The notes under the pieces: generated by a model
What the model was told of the DNA's origin: nothing
Database searches by the model: none
What the model saw: only the letters and a program-made list of their open reading frames with translations
Shown: positions 51,690-62,209 of the stretch, one piece after another
How positions within the stretch are numbered: the first letter of the stretch is position 1
How the letters are laid out: each line of letters opens with the position of its first letter
Translations under genes and position numbers: made by a program
Assembly (NCBI GenBank): GCA_965262115.1
Contig: OZ253496.1
Location: 2,016,001-2,080,000, forward strand
DNA: 64,000 nt
From: Nitrospinales bacterium
GTDB lineage: Bacteria; Nitrospinota; Nitrospinia; Nitrospinales; VA-1
Direction: 5' to 3'

Positions 51690-53672
51690 ATGAGCTCCAA
51701 AAACAAAAAAATTGAGTCACCCGGCAGTCCCTTGAAACGCGCTTTTCTGACATTAATTTGGGTGGGCGTATTGGGCGTTGGGCTGTGGGCCTTGATGCAT
51801 TATTCAGCGCCTGAAAGCAATCTGGAACCTTATAATAAAATTCAGGAAGCCAAAACGGAACGTGAAAAAACGGAACGTGAAAAAGCGGAACGTGAGCAAG
51901 CGAAACCTGAAAATAAAGCAGCCGAATTCACCCTTCTTCCCAGCGATCTGGACACGGGGAACCTGATTAAAACCGCCACATCCCCCCTGCAGACTCCACA
52001 ATCGCAACTGCCCCGGGAGACCCTGGAACATATCCAAAAAGGCATGCTGTTGACCGAGGAAGGCAAGTTCAATGCGGGAGATATAGAATTCGAAAAAGCC
52101 GCCAAGATCAGCCCCAATTCACCGGAACTGTTTTCTATCTGGGGCGCGGCGCTTCGTATGGCGAAAAAGTTTGTAGGCGCCAACCGGCGTTTTGCCCGGG
52201 CTCATGAACTCTCGCCTAATGACGAAGAAATCACGTTTAACTGGGGCATGGCCGAACTGGAAGCCGATCATCCTGAAGAAGCCACTCGACTGTTTCAAAA
52301 AACCGTCAAGCTTTCTCCCAACAACTTTATGGCCTACAACATGCTGGGCAAATCCCTCGGCCGCCAGAAAATGTACGAAGAGGAGAGATCGGCCTACAAG
52401 AAGGCCATTTTTATCAACCCGGATTTTGCCCAGAGCCATTTCAACCTGGGTATTGTATTGGGCATCCAGAAAAAGTTTGAAACCGCCGCGCCGCATTTCC
52501 TCAAAGCCATTGAATTGGACAAGCAGTTCGAAAAACCCTTCGTCATCCAGATGCTAACCGCATTGGGACTCTATGACCCGGCGGCTGAAAAACCCATCAA
52601 GAAAGACACACCACCGGTTCAGCAGGCAAAATCCGACACTCCGCCAGCGGAAGTAAAAGTCGAACAAGTCAGCGACGATAAAAAGTCCGAAGGCTCCGAC
52701 CATAAAATGGAAGAAGGGTCCAAGAAAGTTAAAAACACCACTACGGTCAAAGGCAATATCCAGATCAACAGCAAAAAACCCGGACCCAACACGCTGGTAT
52801 TTCTGGAAACCAAAAGCAAACTGAGAGTTAGCAGCCAGAAACCTCAAAAGTTAACCATTCGCCAAAACGGGTTGCAGTTCAGTCCCCAGCATTCGGTGAT
52901 ACAGGTAGGTTCCACCGTCACCTTCTCCAATGAAGACCGCGAGGTGCACAATATTTTTTCCAAATCTCTGAGCAACCAGTTCAATCTCGGGGCTATGGCG
53001 TCGGGCTCTTTCAAAACCTTCGAGTTCACCCAGGCCGGACCCGTGGTGCTGAGATGCAATATGCATAAAGACATGATCGGAACCCTGTTCGTCGTGCCAA
53101 ATGGCTATTACACCAAACCTGATACCAACGGAGACTACCAGTTCGACAACATCAAAAGTGAAGGCTACATCATGCAGGTCTGGGACCCCATGCTGGCCCC
53201 GGATGAAGTGGAAGCCAACCTCCTGTCCGCTGACCTGACCGGTGTCGACCAAACTTTCGATTTCAATATCAAGTCCGCTTCGGTTGCAAATGAAATCCAC
53301 GACATGACAGACCCGACCGATTACAACGCGATTGTGGACAATATCGAAAAAGAAATGCTGCAAGCCATCGAAGACTGGAAAAACGGCAAAAAGTTTATCT
53401 CCCGCAAACGCATGCTGATGGCCATCACCAAACATTATGCTGGAGAAGGCCTGAAAGGCGCGATCGCTAAAAGCTTCAGCTCCAAACGCAGTATCCTGCT
53501 GGAACAGAAAATGGATAAGATCCGCAAAGAAATTTCCGGATACGGCAAGTCTGAGGATCCGGTCACTGAGACATCGCTTATCAGCCAGGCCAAGTTCGCC
53601 GTTTCACAACTGCGCCTGAACGTCAAAGAACTCGCCGCTCGCCTTCAGCCCACTCCCGTGGGCGGGGAATAG
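51690..53672 (+). CDS. Membrane-anchored TPR protein with a cupredoxin-like / carboxypeptidase-regulatory-like region
   Basis: N-terminal TM helix, TPR repeats, then GSTVTFSNED..VHNIFS...LRCNMHKDM. Confidence 0.75.
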   Translation: MSSKNKKIESPGSPLKRAFLTLIWVGVLGVGLWALMHYSAPESNLEPYNKIQEAKTEREKTEREKAEREQAKPENKAAEFTLLPSDLDTGNLIKTATSPLQTPQSQLPRETLEHIQKGMLLTEEGKFNAGDIEFEKAAKISPNSPELFSIWGAALRMAKKFVGANRRFARAHELSPNDEEITFNWGMAELEADHPEEATRLFQKTVKLSPNNFMAYNMLGKSLGRQKMYEEERSAYKKAIFINPDFAQSHFNLGIVLGIQKKFETAAPHFLKAIELDKQFEKPFVIQMLTALGLYDPAAEKPIKKDTPPVQQAKSDTPPAEVKVEQVSDDKKSEGSDHKMEEGSKKVKNTTTVKGNIQINSKKPGPNTLVFLETKSKLRVSSQKPQKLTIRQNGLQFSPQHSVIQVGSTVTFSNEDREVHNIFSKSLSNQFNLGAMASGSFKTFEFTQAGPVVLRCNMHKDMIGTLFVVPNGYYTKPDTNGDYQFDNIKSEGYIMQVWDPMLAPDEVEANLLSADLTGVDQTFDFNIKSASVANEIHDMTDPTDYNAIVDNIEKEMLQAIEDWKNGKKFISRKRMLMAITKHYAGEGLKGAIAKSFSSKRSILLEQKMDKIRKEISGYGKSEDPVTETSLISQAKFAVSQLRLNVKELAARLQPTPVGGE

Positions 53673-53798
53673 GCTCCACGCCTTCGGCGTGTCGCATTGG
53701 CATAACATTGCCGTTGATGCTCGTTCTATAATATTCCCCCTGATAAGGGGGATTAAGGGGGTTCTTGAATTCAGCTTAACAAAATAGGGAGTACGACT

Positions 53799-54327
53799 AT
53801 GAAGTTAAAAGACATAAATGCCATCAATATCAAATGGGAAGGACCAAAGAATCTGGAAGAAGCACAGAAAAAAGAGAATTCAAAGAAAGATTATGGGGTT
53901 TACCAGATTTATGGTTTTCACCCAGTTTACGGATCCAATGTTCTTCTTTAATATTGGTAAAGCTGACGAGCAAAACTTCGACCTTCGGTTTGAACAACAT
54001 GGAAACTCCTGGATGAAAGCCTCCATGGAAGCCGGAGAATATAAAATATATTTGGGAAGGCTAGTTGGCGAATCTACCCCAAAAGATAAAGATTGGTCTA
54101 AAGAAATTGAAATTGCAGAAGAATTACTGATTTTCGCCCACTCCCCTGCCTACAACTCTAAAAATATTTACAGCATTGATGAAGAAAAAGTGCATGACTA
54201 CATAGTTTTTAATTGGGGAAACCGTGGGAGCTTACTCTATGAAGTGTCAGGAATGAGGATGACTGCTGATTGGAAAAATAAGGACATAGATATTGACAAA
54301 TTAGATCCCTATAAATATAACAAATAA
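53799..54327 (+). pseudogene. GIY-YIG nuclease-like gene, frameshifted
   Basis: RBS plus ATG 53799: ...DYGVYQIYGFHPVYGSNVLL; one extra A near 53950 breaks YIGKA; later E.LLI..HSPAYN. Confidence 0.72.
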
Positions 54328-54567
54328 TGATTAGACCACAAAGGAATCAAGTTACTTCCCAACCAACTATTTATAATTTTCTAATATCTGTTTTAATATT
54401 TGTTTTTCTAAAGTCGAGTCGCCGACATTCACTGCGGTGGGAAGTGCTGCCGGTTCAGATAAACCCCCTCAATCCCATCGAACAAGACGTATTCCTATTG
54501 TTCGAGTTATCAGGGGGAATATCAAGGCCGGGCCACACCTAGCCCAAATATTGCATAAGAGTTTTTA

Positions 54568-54645
54568 AATCACCCCCCAGCCCCTCTTTGAAAAAGAGGG
54601 GTTCATTGAAACTCCCCCTTCCACGAAGGGGGTCGGGGGGATTTG
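54568..54645. repeat. CCCCC..GGGGG composite palindromic REP-like element
   Basis: AAATCACCCCCAGCCCCTCTTTGAAAAAGAGGGG...CCCCCTTCCACGAAGGGGGTCGGGGGGATTT; related hairpins at about 4825, 10405, 39029 and 53736. Confidence 0.65.
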
Positions 54646-54730
54646 CCGTTATTCCCACCAAGACCACCTTTCCGTCAAAGAAAGTTATTGCCCATTTGCT
54701 TCCCTCGCTAGAGGGTGATATTTTATCTCC

Positions 54731-56176
54731 ATGAGCCTTCTCATCTATAACACCCTGACCGGAAAAAAAGAAACCTTCGTTCCCTTGAAGGAAAACCAGA
54801 TCGGCATGTACGTATGCGGGGTCACCGCCTATGACTATTGCCATGTCGGGCACGCCCGTGCCGCCATTGTCTTCGACACCTTTTACCGGTATTTCCAGTA
54901 CCTCGGCTACGAAGTTCGCTTCGTGCGCAACTTCACCGATATCGACGACAAGATCATCAACCGTGCCAATGAAGAAGGCGTGGACTGGCACGAGGTCAAC
55001 CGCAAATACATCGAAGCGTTTTATGAAGACATGGGCAAACTGAATATCGCCGCCCCCACCGAAGAACCGAAAGCCACCGACCACATCCCCGAAATGCTTG
55101 AGATGATTCAGTCTCTTGTCGATCAGGATAAAGCTTATGAATCCGAAGGCGATGTTTATTATTCGGTCAAGTCATTCAAGGGCTATGGTTCTCTTTCAGG
55201 AAAAAATATCGACGATCTGCTGGCGGGAGCCCGTGTCGAAGTCAGTGAAATTAAACATGATCCGCTGGATTTTGCTTTATGGAAAAAGAGCAAGCCAGGA
55301 GAACCTTTTTGGGAAAGCCCGTGGGGACCGGGCCGACCCGGTTGGCATATTGAATGTTCAGCAATGAGCAAAAAATATCTCGGCGACACCTTCGATATTC
55401 ATGGAGGCGGTAAGGATCTGGTTTTTCCGCACCATGAAAATGAAATCGCGCAGTCCTGCGGTTGTACTGGGAAACAACCAGTGCGCTACTGGGTGCATAA
55501 CGGATTCGTCAATATCGACAAGGAAAAGATGTCCAAGTCTCTCGGCAACTTTTTCACCATCCGTGAGGTTTATAAAAAATATCACCCGGAAGTTTTGCGC
55601 TTGTTTCTCATCAGCAGTCATTACCGCAGTCCCATCGACTTTTCGGAAAAAAATCTGGACGATGCCACCAAAGTGCTTTCCCGGTTTTATGAAGGACTGG
55701 CAGGCGCGCGCAAAAAAATCGGCGACCTGGATTTGGCATCCATCCCGGATTTCCAGAAAAAAATGAAGAACCATCCGTTGACGAAAAAGTTTGAAACGGC
55801 CATGAACGACGACTTGAATACAGCTGTGGCAATGGCGCATATGAATGAGGAGTTACGCAACCTCAACACCGCTGTGCTGGGCAAGAACGAAACTTCTCTG
55901 GAAGACCTTGCGATTGCTGCAACGGCATGGGAGAAAGCGGGTCAAAACCTGGGATTGTTTTCTCACACTCCCGAAGAGTTTGAAACGAAACTTTTCGCAA
56001 TCAAAAACCGTGACCTGGATCTGGATGTCAGTAAAATCGAACAACTGATCACAGATCGCAACTCAGCCCGCCAATCCAAAAACTGGGCGGAAGCAGACCG
56101 TTGCCGGGATGACCTGACTCAAATGGGAGTCCTCATCGAAGACACTCCGAACGGCACCGAGTGGAAATTGAAATGA
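54731..56176 (+). CDS. cysS: Cysteine-tRNA ligase
   Basis: YVCGVT, HVGH, PGWHIECSAM, KMSKS. Confidence 0.98.
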   Translation: MSLLIYNTLTGKKETFVPLKENQIGMYVCGVTAYDYCHVGHARAAIVFDTFYRYFQYLGYEVRFVRNFTDIDDKIINRANEEGVDWHEVNRKYIEAFYEDMGKLNIAAPTEEPKATDHIPEMLEMIQSLVDQDKAYESEGDVYYSVKSFKGYGSLSGKNIDDLLAGARVEVSEIKHDPLDFALWKKSKPGEPFWESPWGPGRPGWHIECSAMSKKYLGDTFDIHGGGKDLVFPHHENEIAQSCGCTGKQPVRYWVHNGFVNIDKEKMSKSLGNFFTIREVYKKYHPEVLRLFLISSHYRSPIDFSEKNLDDATKVLSRFYEGLAGARKKIGDLDLASIPDFQKKMKNHPLTKKFETAMNDDLNTAVAMAHMNEELRNLNTAVLGKNETSLEDLAIAATAWEKAGQNLGLFSHTPEEFETKLFAIKNRDLDLDVSKIEQLITDRNSARQSKNWAEADRCRDDLTQMGVLIEDTPNGTEWKLK

Positions 56177-57669
56177 CTGCAACATTCTCAGACGCGTACC
56201 TGAAGTTCACCCAAATTTATAACCAACTGCAGGTTCGGGAAGAAGACCACACCATCCGGGTCCCGGAAAAAGTCATCCGCTGTATCTGGAACGATCAATT
56301 GTTTTGCACACCCTATCTCAAAACCAAAGACGGGCAAAAACTTGAAATCGTTTATCCCGGATACTGGAATTTCGGCAAGGGACCCGACTTCACCAGCGCC
56401 ACCATCAAGGTGAATGGAAAAATTTATGAAGGCGATGTCGAACTACATGTCTACGCCACTGACTGGAACGCGCACGGGCACTCCGGGAATCCGGATTTCG
56501 ACAACGTTATCCTGCATGTCTATATGTGGCAGGGCCGAAGCAAAGAACCCCGTCCACCGGAAAAACAGAAGGGCTTCCAGTTTGAAATCAAGGATTACCT
56601 GACCAAAGGAATCCTTGAACTCAATGACGAACTGGATTTTGAGAACTACCCAACCTTAAATTCCGGCAATGTCGGCCTGTGCCACCAGCCGTTGACACAA
56701 CTTTCAGAAGAAAAGCTCACCCATCTTTTGAACGCCGCCGGTGAAGCGCGGGTGTTCACCAAAATGGAGCGGTTTCACGATTCGATCATTGTCGAGGGCT
56801 ACGAACAGACTTTTTACCGTGGCGTTGCCGAAGCTATGGGTTACCCCGAGAACAAACAGCCGTTCCAGACTCTGGCCGATACTCTACCTTTGATAGAATT
56901 GAAAAACCGGGTGCCCACAAAGACCCGCAAAGATGACCGGATTCTACATTACCAAGCCTTGCTCTTTGGTGCCTCGGGTTTGGTGAATGAAGATGCAGGA
57001 AAAAAAGCGGGGTTCCGTAAACTTCTGCCGATTTGGAATACCTACAAAGACCGGGTTCCCCATTCTCCTCTAACGAAAAAGGATTGGAGTTTCCGCGCCA
57101 TTCGACCTGCCAATTATCCTTACAGGCGACTGGCGGGATTGGCCTATTTGATCGTGCGTCACGAAAAAGCGGGGATGTTCGCCGACTTTATCGGGTCTTA
57201 TCAAAAGATTCTCGCGGGGTCCGGCCAGGAAATTCCCGATAAAAAAACTATAAACGCCTTCAACGATTTCTTTTGTGTATCCGCCGATGATTATTGGGCC
57301 AACCATTACACGCCCGACGGTAAGACCCTGTCACAACCCCAGCAACTTGTTGGTTCGGCGCGGTCCCGTGAAGTCATCATCAACATCGGTCTGCCTATCG
57401 GCCTGATCTTTGCCCGAGCGGGAAAATTCAAAGATCTGGAAACGGGACTCAACACCCTTTTTCAAACCGGCAAGAGCGCCAGCGATCATAAACTGCTTCG
57501 CTTCATGAAACATTATATTTTCGGCAACCGGGAGGAAATGCTGCGGGTATTGCGCTCCGAAAAGCAAAACCAGGGGCTGATGCAGGTTTATCAGGATTTT
57601 TGCACCCAGAACCAGAATAATTGCCTGCATTGTCCGTTTCCCGATGTAGTAAACAGGTATTTTTCCTAA
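56173..57669 (+). CDS. DUF2851 family protein
   Basis: PGYWN...GPDF, GDVELH, W..HGH, VILHV, RPANYP.RR. Confidence 0.85.
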   Translation: MTATFSDAYLKFTQIYNQLQVREEDHTIRVPEKVIRCIWNDQLFCTPYLKTKDGQKLEIVYPGYWNFGKGPDFTSATIKVNGKIYEGDVELHVYATDWNAHGHSGNPDFDNVILHVYMWQGRSKEPRPPEKQKGFQFEIKDYLTKGILELNDELDFENYPTLNSGNVGLCHQPLTQLSEEKLTHLLNAAGEARVFTKMERFHDSIIVEGYEQTFYRGVAEAMGYPENKQPFQTLADTLPLIELKNRVPTKTRKDDRILHYQALLFGASGLVNEDAGKKAGFRKLLPIWNTYKDRVPHSPLTKKDWSFRAIRPANYPYRRLAGLAYLIVRHEKAGMFADFIGSYQKILAGSGQEIPDKKTINAFNDFFCVSADDYWANHYTPDGKTLSQPQQLVGSARSREVIINIGLPIGLIFARAGKFKDLETGLNTLFQTGKSASDHKLLRFMKHYIFGNREEMLRVLRSEKQNQGLMQVYQDFCTQNQNNCLHCPFPDVVNRYFS

Positions 57670-57806
57670 AAAAAACTCCAAAAAACCCATCAATCCCATT
57701 GCGCAATCAATCAATTTCCCCTAAAATCGACATCCCCCTTGATTGTATTGAACTTTCGAGATAAAGTGATAGTCTCCCCATTCAGCAATAAGGAATACCA
57801 GTTTTA

Positions 57807-58610
57807 ATGGATCATTTAGACGAACTGGAAAATCAAAGCATTTTCATCCTGCGCGAAGCCTACAAAAACTTTAAAAACCTGGCAATGCTGTGGTCGATCG
57901 GAAAAGACTCCACCATTCTGGTCTGGCTGGCACGCAAGGCCTTTTTTGGTCATTGTCCCATTCCGTTGGTTCACATCGACACCACCTACAAAATTCCCGC
58001 CATGATTGAGTACCGGGACCGGGTCGCCAAAGAATGGGGACTTGATCTGGTGGTCGGCAAAAACCAGAAGGCGCTGGATGAAGGCATGAATCATGAAAGG
58101 GGACGATTGGTTTGCTGTGAAGCATTAAAAACCCAGGGCCTGCAATGCATCATGGAGGAGCACGGTTATACCGGGTTGATTCTGGGTATCCGAAGGGATG
58201 AAGAAGGCACCCGCGCCAAGGAACGCTATTTCTCGCCACGGGATAAAAATTTCGAATGGAATTTTAAAGACCAGCCTCCCGAGTTGTGGGATCAATATAA
58301 AACCAGTTTTTCTGACGACACGCACATCCGCATTCATCCCATCCTGCACTGGACGGAACTGAATGTCTGGGAGTACATACAAAGAGAAAAAATTCCCATC
58401 ATCGATCTCTATTTCGCCACGCCAGAAGGGACGCGCTATCGGTCTCTGGGTTGTGCCCCTTGCACCGGCACCATTAACTCCACGGCCAAATCGGTGGACG
58501 AGATCGTAGAGGAACTTAAAAACATCACCACAGCAGAGCGCTCCGGAAGGGCACAGGATCAGGAAAACACCTATGCCATGCAGAAACTGCGAGCCCGGGG
58601 ATATATGTAA
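57807..58610 (+). CDS. cysD: Sulfate adenylyltransferase subunit 2
   Basis: [30 protein letters not shown]. Confidence 0.95.
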   Translation: MDHLDELENQSIFILREAYKNFKNLAMLWSIGKDSTILVWLARKAFFGHCPIPLVHIDTTYKIPAMIEYRDRVAKEWGLDLVVGKNQKALDEGMNHERGRLVCCEALKTQGLQCIMEEHGYTGLILGIRRDEEGTRAKERYFSPRDKNFEWNFKDQPPELWDQYKTSFSDDTHIRIHPILHWTELNVWEYIQREKIPIIDLYFATPEGTRYRSLGCAPCTGTINSTAKSVDEIVEELKNITTAERSGRAQDQENTYAMQKLRARGYM

Positions 58611-60434
58611 ATGGGCAATAATGGTAGCGCACCAGATCTTTCCAGCCGTCTTTTACGGCTGGTCATCGTCGGTCATGTGGATCATGGAAAATCCACCCTG
58701 GTCGGACGTCTTCTCTCCGACACCGGAACTCTGCCCGAAGGCAAGCTCGACTTCGTCCGCGATATCTGCAAGCAACAGGGCAAGGAATTCGAATTCGCTT
58801 TTTTGCTAGATGCTTTGGAAGAAGAGCAGGAACAGGGCATCACCATCGACACTTCACAGATTTTTTTCCATACCGCACAGCGCAAATACGTCATCATCGA
58901 CGCACCGGGCCATAAGGAGTTTCTGAAAAACATGGTCACGGGTGCCGCCGATGCCGAGGCTGCCCTCCTGCTGATCGGTGCCAACGAAGGAGTTCAGGAA
59001 CAATCGCGCCGACACGGTTATATTTTAAAACTGCTGGGGCTCACCCAGGTCGCAGTGGTGATCAACAAAATGGATCTGATCGGTTATGACGAGAAGGTTT
59101 ATAACAATATCAAATCCGAATACACCGCCTTCCTCGATTCACTGGGGATTGAAGCGCGGGAGTTCATTCCCGTTTCCGCCAAACTCGGTGTCAACATCGC
59201 TGCATCGAAAGATGAAATGCCCTGGTACAAAGGGCCGACGGTTTTAAAAATGCTCGACCAGTTCGAGAAAAAACCACCACAAGATCATCTCCCCTTCCGC
59301 TTTCCGGTTCAGGATGTTTACAAATTTGACGAACGGCGCATCATCGCCGGACGGGTTGAATCGGGAAAGTTGAAGACCGGGGACAGGGTCATCTTCTCCC
59401 CTTCCAATAAACAGGCGGTGGTTAAATCCATCGAAGCCTGGAGCGTGCCCGATAAACCTTCTTCCGCCGCCTCTTCCGAGTCCATCGGGTTCACTCTCGA
59501 CGAACAGATATTCGTCGAGCGCGGCGATGTGTGTACCCTCATGGACCAGTTGCCCATCGTCTCCACCACCTTCGATGCCAACGTTTTCTGGATGGGTAAA
59601 CGCCACTTGGAAAAAGGCAGAAAATTCACCCTCAAATTAAACACGCAGGAAGTGGAATGCGAGGTTGTTGAGTTCAAAAAAGCCATCGATGCTTCTACTC
59701 TGGAGACTCTGACCAATCAGGATTATATTGCCAAGAATGACGTTGCCGAATTGACCTTGAGCACGCGGAACCCGGTAGCCTTTGATCTGTTCGGGTCCAT
59801 TGCCACCACCGGGAGGTTTGTTCTGGTGGATGAATACGATGTTTGCGGCGGCGGCATCATCACCACCTACACCCCGACGACCAAGTCCGATAAACTCAGG
59901 GACGAAGTCCGCACCCGGGATTTCAATTGGATCAAAAGCGAAATCAAACCCGACGAAAGAGCTTATAGAAATGGACACCGGGCAGCACTGATCCTTATTA
60001 TTGGCGACCCCGGCACCGGCAAAGGTCCGCTGGCCCGAGCATTGGAACACAGCCTGTTCCAGAATAATTTCCAAAGTTATTTGCTCGACCGCAGAAACGT
60101 TAACCTCGGAGTCGGGGCTGATCTTGAGGATCCTAAAAACAGTGGTGAAAGCGAATCGGCCCGGAGATTGGGAGAAGTGGCAAAGCTTCTTCTCGATGCT
60201 GGCCAGGTGGTGATCTCCACCTCCAACGCCTTCCATCAGGAAGACCAGGCTGATCTGAGATTATTGGCCAATCCCTATCAGGTTGTGGAAATTCAAGTGG
60301 GAAAACAATCATCCGGAGAACCCGATCTGGCCCTCTCTTTAGATGAAGCGCAAAACGTCAAAGAAGCCTCTCATAAAATTCAGAATTTTCTCAAAGAAAA
60401 GAAAATTCTGCTGGGCCACAACTATTCGATATAA
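58611..60434 (+). CDS. cysN: Sulfate adenylyltransferase subunit 1 with a C-terminal APS-kinase-like domain
   Basis: [27 protein letters not shown]-terminal GDPGTGK. Confidence 0.93.
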   Translation: MGNNGSAPDLSSRLLRLVIVGHVDHGKSTLVGRLLSDTGTLPEGKLDFVRDICKQQGKEFEFAFLLDALEEEQEQGITIDTSQIFFHTAQRKYVIIDAPGHKEFLKNMVTGAADAEAALLLIGANEGVQEQSRRHGYILKLLGLTQVAVVINKMDLIGYDEKVYNNIKSEYTAFLDSLGIEAREFIPVSAKLGVNIAASKDEMPWYKGPTVLKMLDQFEKKPPQDHLPFRFPVQDVYKFDERRIIAGRVESGKLKTGDRVIFSPSNKQAVVKSIEAWSVPDKPSSAASSESIGFTLDEQIFVERGDVCTLMDQLPIVSTTFDANVFWMGKRHLEKGRKFTLKLNTQEVECEVVEFKKAIDASTLETLTNQDYIAKNDVAELTLSTRNPVAFDLFGSIATTGRFVLVDEYDVCGGGIITTYTPTTKSDKLRDEVRTRDFNWIKSEIKPDERAYRNGHRAALILIIGDPGTGKGPLARALEHSLFQNNFQSYLLDRRNVNLGVGADLEDPKNSGESESARRLGEVAKLLLDAGQVVISTSNAFHQEDQADLRLLANPYQVVEIQVGKQSSGEPDLALSLDEAQNVKEASHKIQNFLKEKKILLGHNYSI

Positions 60435-60465
60435 TCACTAGCAAGTAGCACAGATAGTAATAAAC

Positions 60466-60537
60466 GTCATTGCGAGCAAAGCGAAGCCATCCAGAAAAAG
60501 TCTGGATCGCACACCGCTTTCAGCGGTTCGCGATGAC
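60466..60537. repeat. REPIN-like inverted repeat
   Basis: GTCATTGCGAG..ATCCAGA-AAAAG-TCTGGAT..TTCGCGATGAC. Confidence 0.7.
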
Positions 60538-60660
60538 ATATTTACGAGACAATAGGCAACGGGTTTTGCCTTAAATTAATCGGTTGACATTACCCCGGTT
60601 ATTGGGCATTAATAGCCTTCTTGCAAAGCCAGAAAACCCAAGTTGGAGTTTTGCCTTACC

Positions 60661-60966
60661 ATGCCCAAGATCAAGATCATCAACACCGAAACCAACGAAA
60701 TCATTGATTTAAAAGCCGGTTACGGTGCCAATCTGAGAAAGGCCGCGCTCTATAACGATGCCGAGGTTTATAAAGGATTCAACAAGTTCTTAAACTGTCG
60801 CGGGCATGGCATGTGTGGCAAATGTGTGGTGGAAATCGAGCCGCTCGAAAACGTCAACCCACGCACCTTTTTTGAAAATCTCCACAAACTCGAAGACCAC
60901 CAGAAACTCGGATGTCGCGTAAAAGTCTATGGCGACATCACCGTAAAAGCCGCCATCGCCGACTGA
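60661..60966 (+). CDS. 2Fe-2S ferredoxin
   Basis: NCRGHGMCGKC...LGC. Confidence 0.88.
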   Translation: MPKIKIINTETNEIIDLKAGYGANLRKAALYNDAEVYKGFNKFLNCRGHGMCGKCVVEIEPLENVNPRTFFENLHKLEDHQKLGCRVKVYGDITVKAAIAD

Positions 60967-61012
60967 CCCTTCGAGCATTTCGTTCCTTCCCCAGTATTTT
61001 CTCATCGCTCCT

Positions 61013-61366
61013 TTATATCTTTAGAACAATGAGCAGTGGCAGGAGTGTTAGTCCGACTGCGCCGACGAAGGCATGAACCAAAACGTCCCAGCGTTTGCTG
61101 AACGGAACGATTGTGATACAGTAAAGGCAGATCAAATAATCAAACAGGCTGTTGTCATCGTGGGTCTGGTTCATCAGCAGGTAATAGCCCAGACAAAACG
61201 CAATGCTGTAAAACAGGAGCCTGTGTATTTTCAGGCTCTGGGTGGTCTTCTTCCTGAATGCCATAAACAATCCCAGAAAGATATTGAGGATATAAAATCC
61301 GATCGCGGCCACCACCCAAATGAGCGAAGGCGACGATGTTATTTTTGGGAGGAGAGTGGGTTCCAT
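61013..61366 (-). CDS. Small hypothetical membrane protein
   Basis: Four hydrophobic segments. Confidence 0.65.
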   Translation of the reverse strand: MEPTLLPKITSSPSLIWVVAAIGFYILNIFLGLFMAFRKKTTQSLKIHRLLFYSIAFCLGYYLLMNQTHDDNSLFDYLICLYCITIVPFSKRWDVLVHAFVGAVGLTLLPLLIVLKI

Positions 61367-61404
61367 AAAACAGAAAATCTCAAGAGGGTAAATCGCATAT
61401 TAAC

Positions 61405-62190
61405 ATGAATCTACAAGACCGAAAAGTGATCATCACCGGGGCCGGTGACGGTATCGGCAGAGCTCTTGCCCTGGCCTTTGCCAAAGAAGGCGCAAAGGTT
61501 GCCGTCTGCGCGCGAAGTCAGGATCGTTTGGATTCCTTGTCTGATGAAATTGAGGGTACCGGGCATCTTTTTTTCTCCGCCGATCTCGGCAAAGCGGAAG
61601 GCGTTGAAGCCTTTCACAAAAATACGGTGAAACAACTGGGCCAGGTCGATGTGTTGGTCAATAATGTCGGAGCAATTTTAAAGTTGGCCAGTTTTTTTGA
61701 ACTGACCGATCAAGACTGGGAAAATTCGTTCCAGATCAACCTGATGTCTGCCGTTCGACTGAGCCGACACTGCATTCCGTCGCTGAAAAAATCCGCTTGC
61801 GCCAGGATCATTAATATTTCATCCATTGCGGCGGCCGGGCCGCAGGAAGTTTTCCCCCACTACAGTGCTATGAAGGCCGGGCTTTCCAATTTGACTGTTT
61901 CTCTGGCCCAGACCCTTGCGCCGGACAAGATCCTGGTCAATTCCATTTCCCCCGGCCCAGTGTGGAGCAAATCATGGGAAGACGAAGCCCGGGCACAAAG
62001 TAACGGGTCTAATTTAGAACAGGTAAAAAAAGAAATCATGGAACAAACCGGAAAAACTATTCCTTTAAACCGAATGGGCATGCCGGAAGATTTAACCGGA
62101 CTGGCCCTGTTTTTAGCTTCCGACCAATCTGGTTGGATCACAGCCACGAACTTCAGCGTAGATGGCGGGGTCACCCGGAATCCTTTTTAA
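61405..62190 (+). CDS. SDR family oxidoreductase
   Basis: TGAGDGIG, VNNVG, YSAMK. Confidence 0.93.
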   Translation: MNLQDRKVIITGAGDGIGRALALAFAKEGAKVAVCARSQDRLDSLSDEIEGTGHLFFSADLGKAEGVEAFHKNTVKQLGQVDVLVNNVGAILKLASFFELTDQDWENSFQINLMSAVRLSRHCIPSLKKSACARIINISSIAAAGPQEVFPHYSAMKAGLSNLTVSLAQTLAPDKILVNSISPGPVWSKSWEDEARAQSNGSNLEQVKKEIMEQTGKTIPLNRMGMPEDLTGLALFLASDQSGWITATNFSVDGGVTRNPF

Positions 62191-62209
62191 CAGGACGCAT
62201 GCAATTGTC

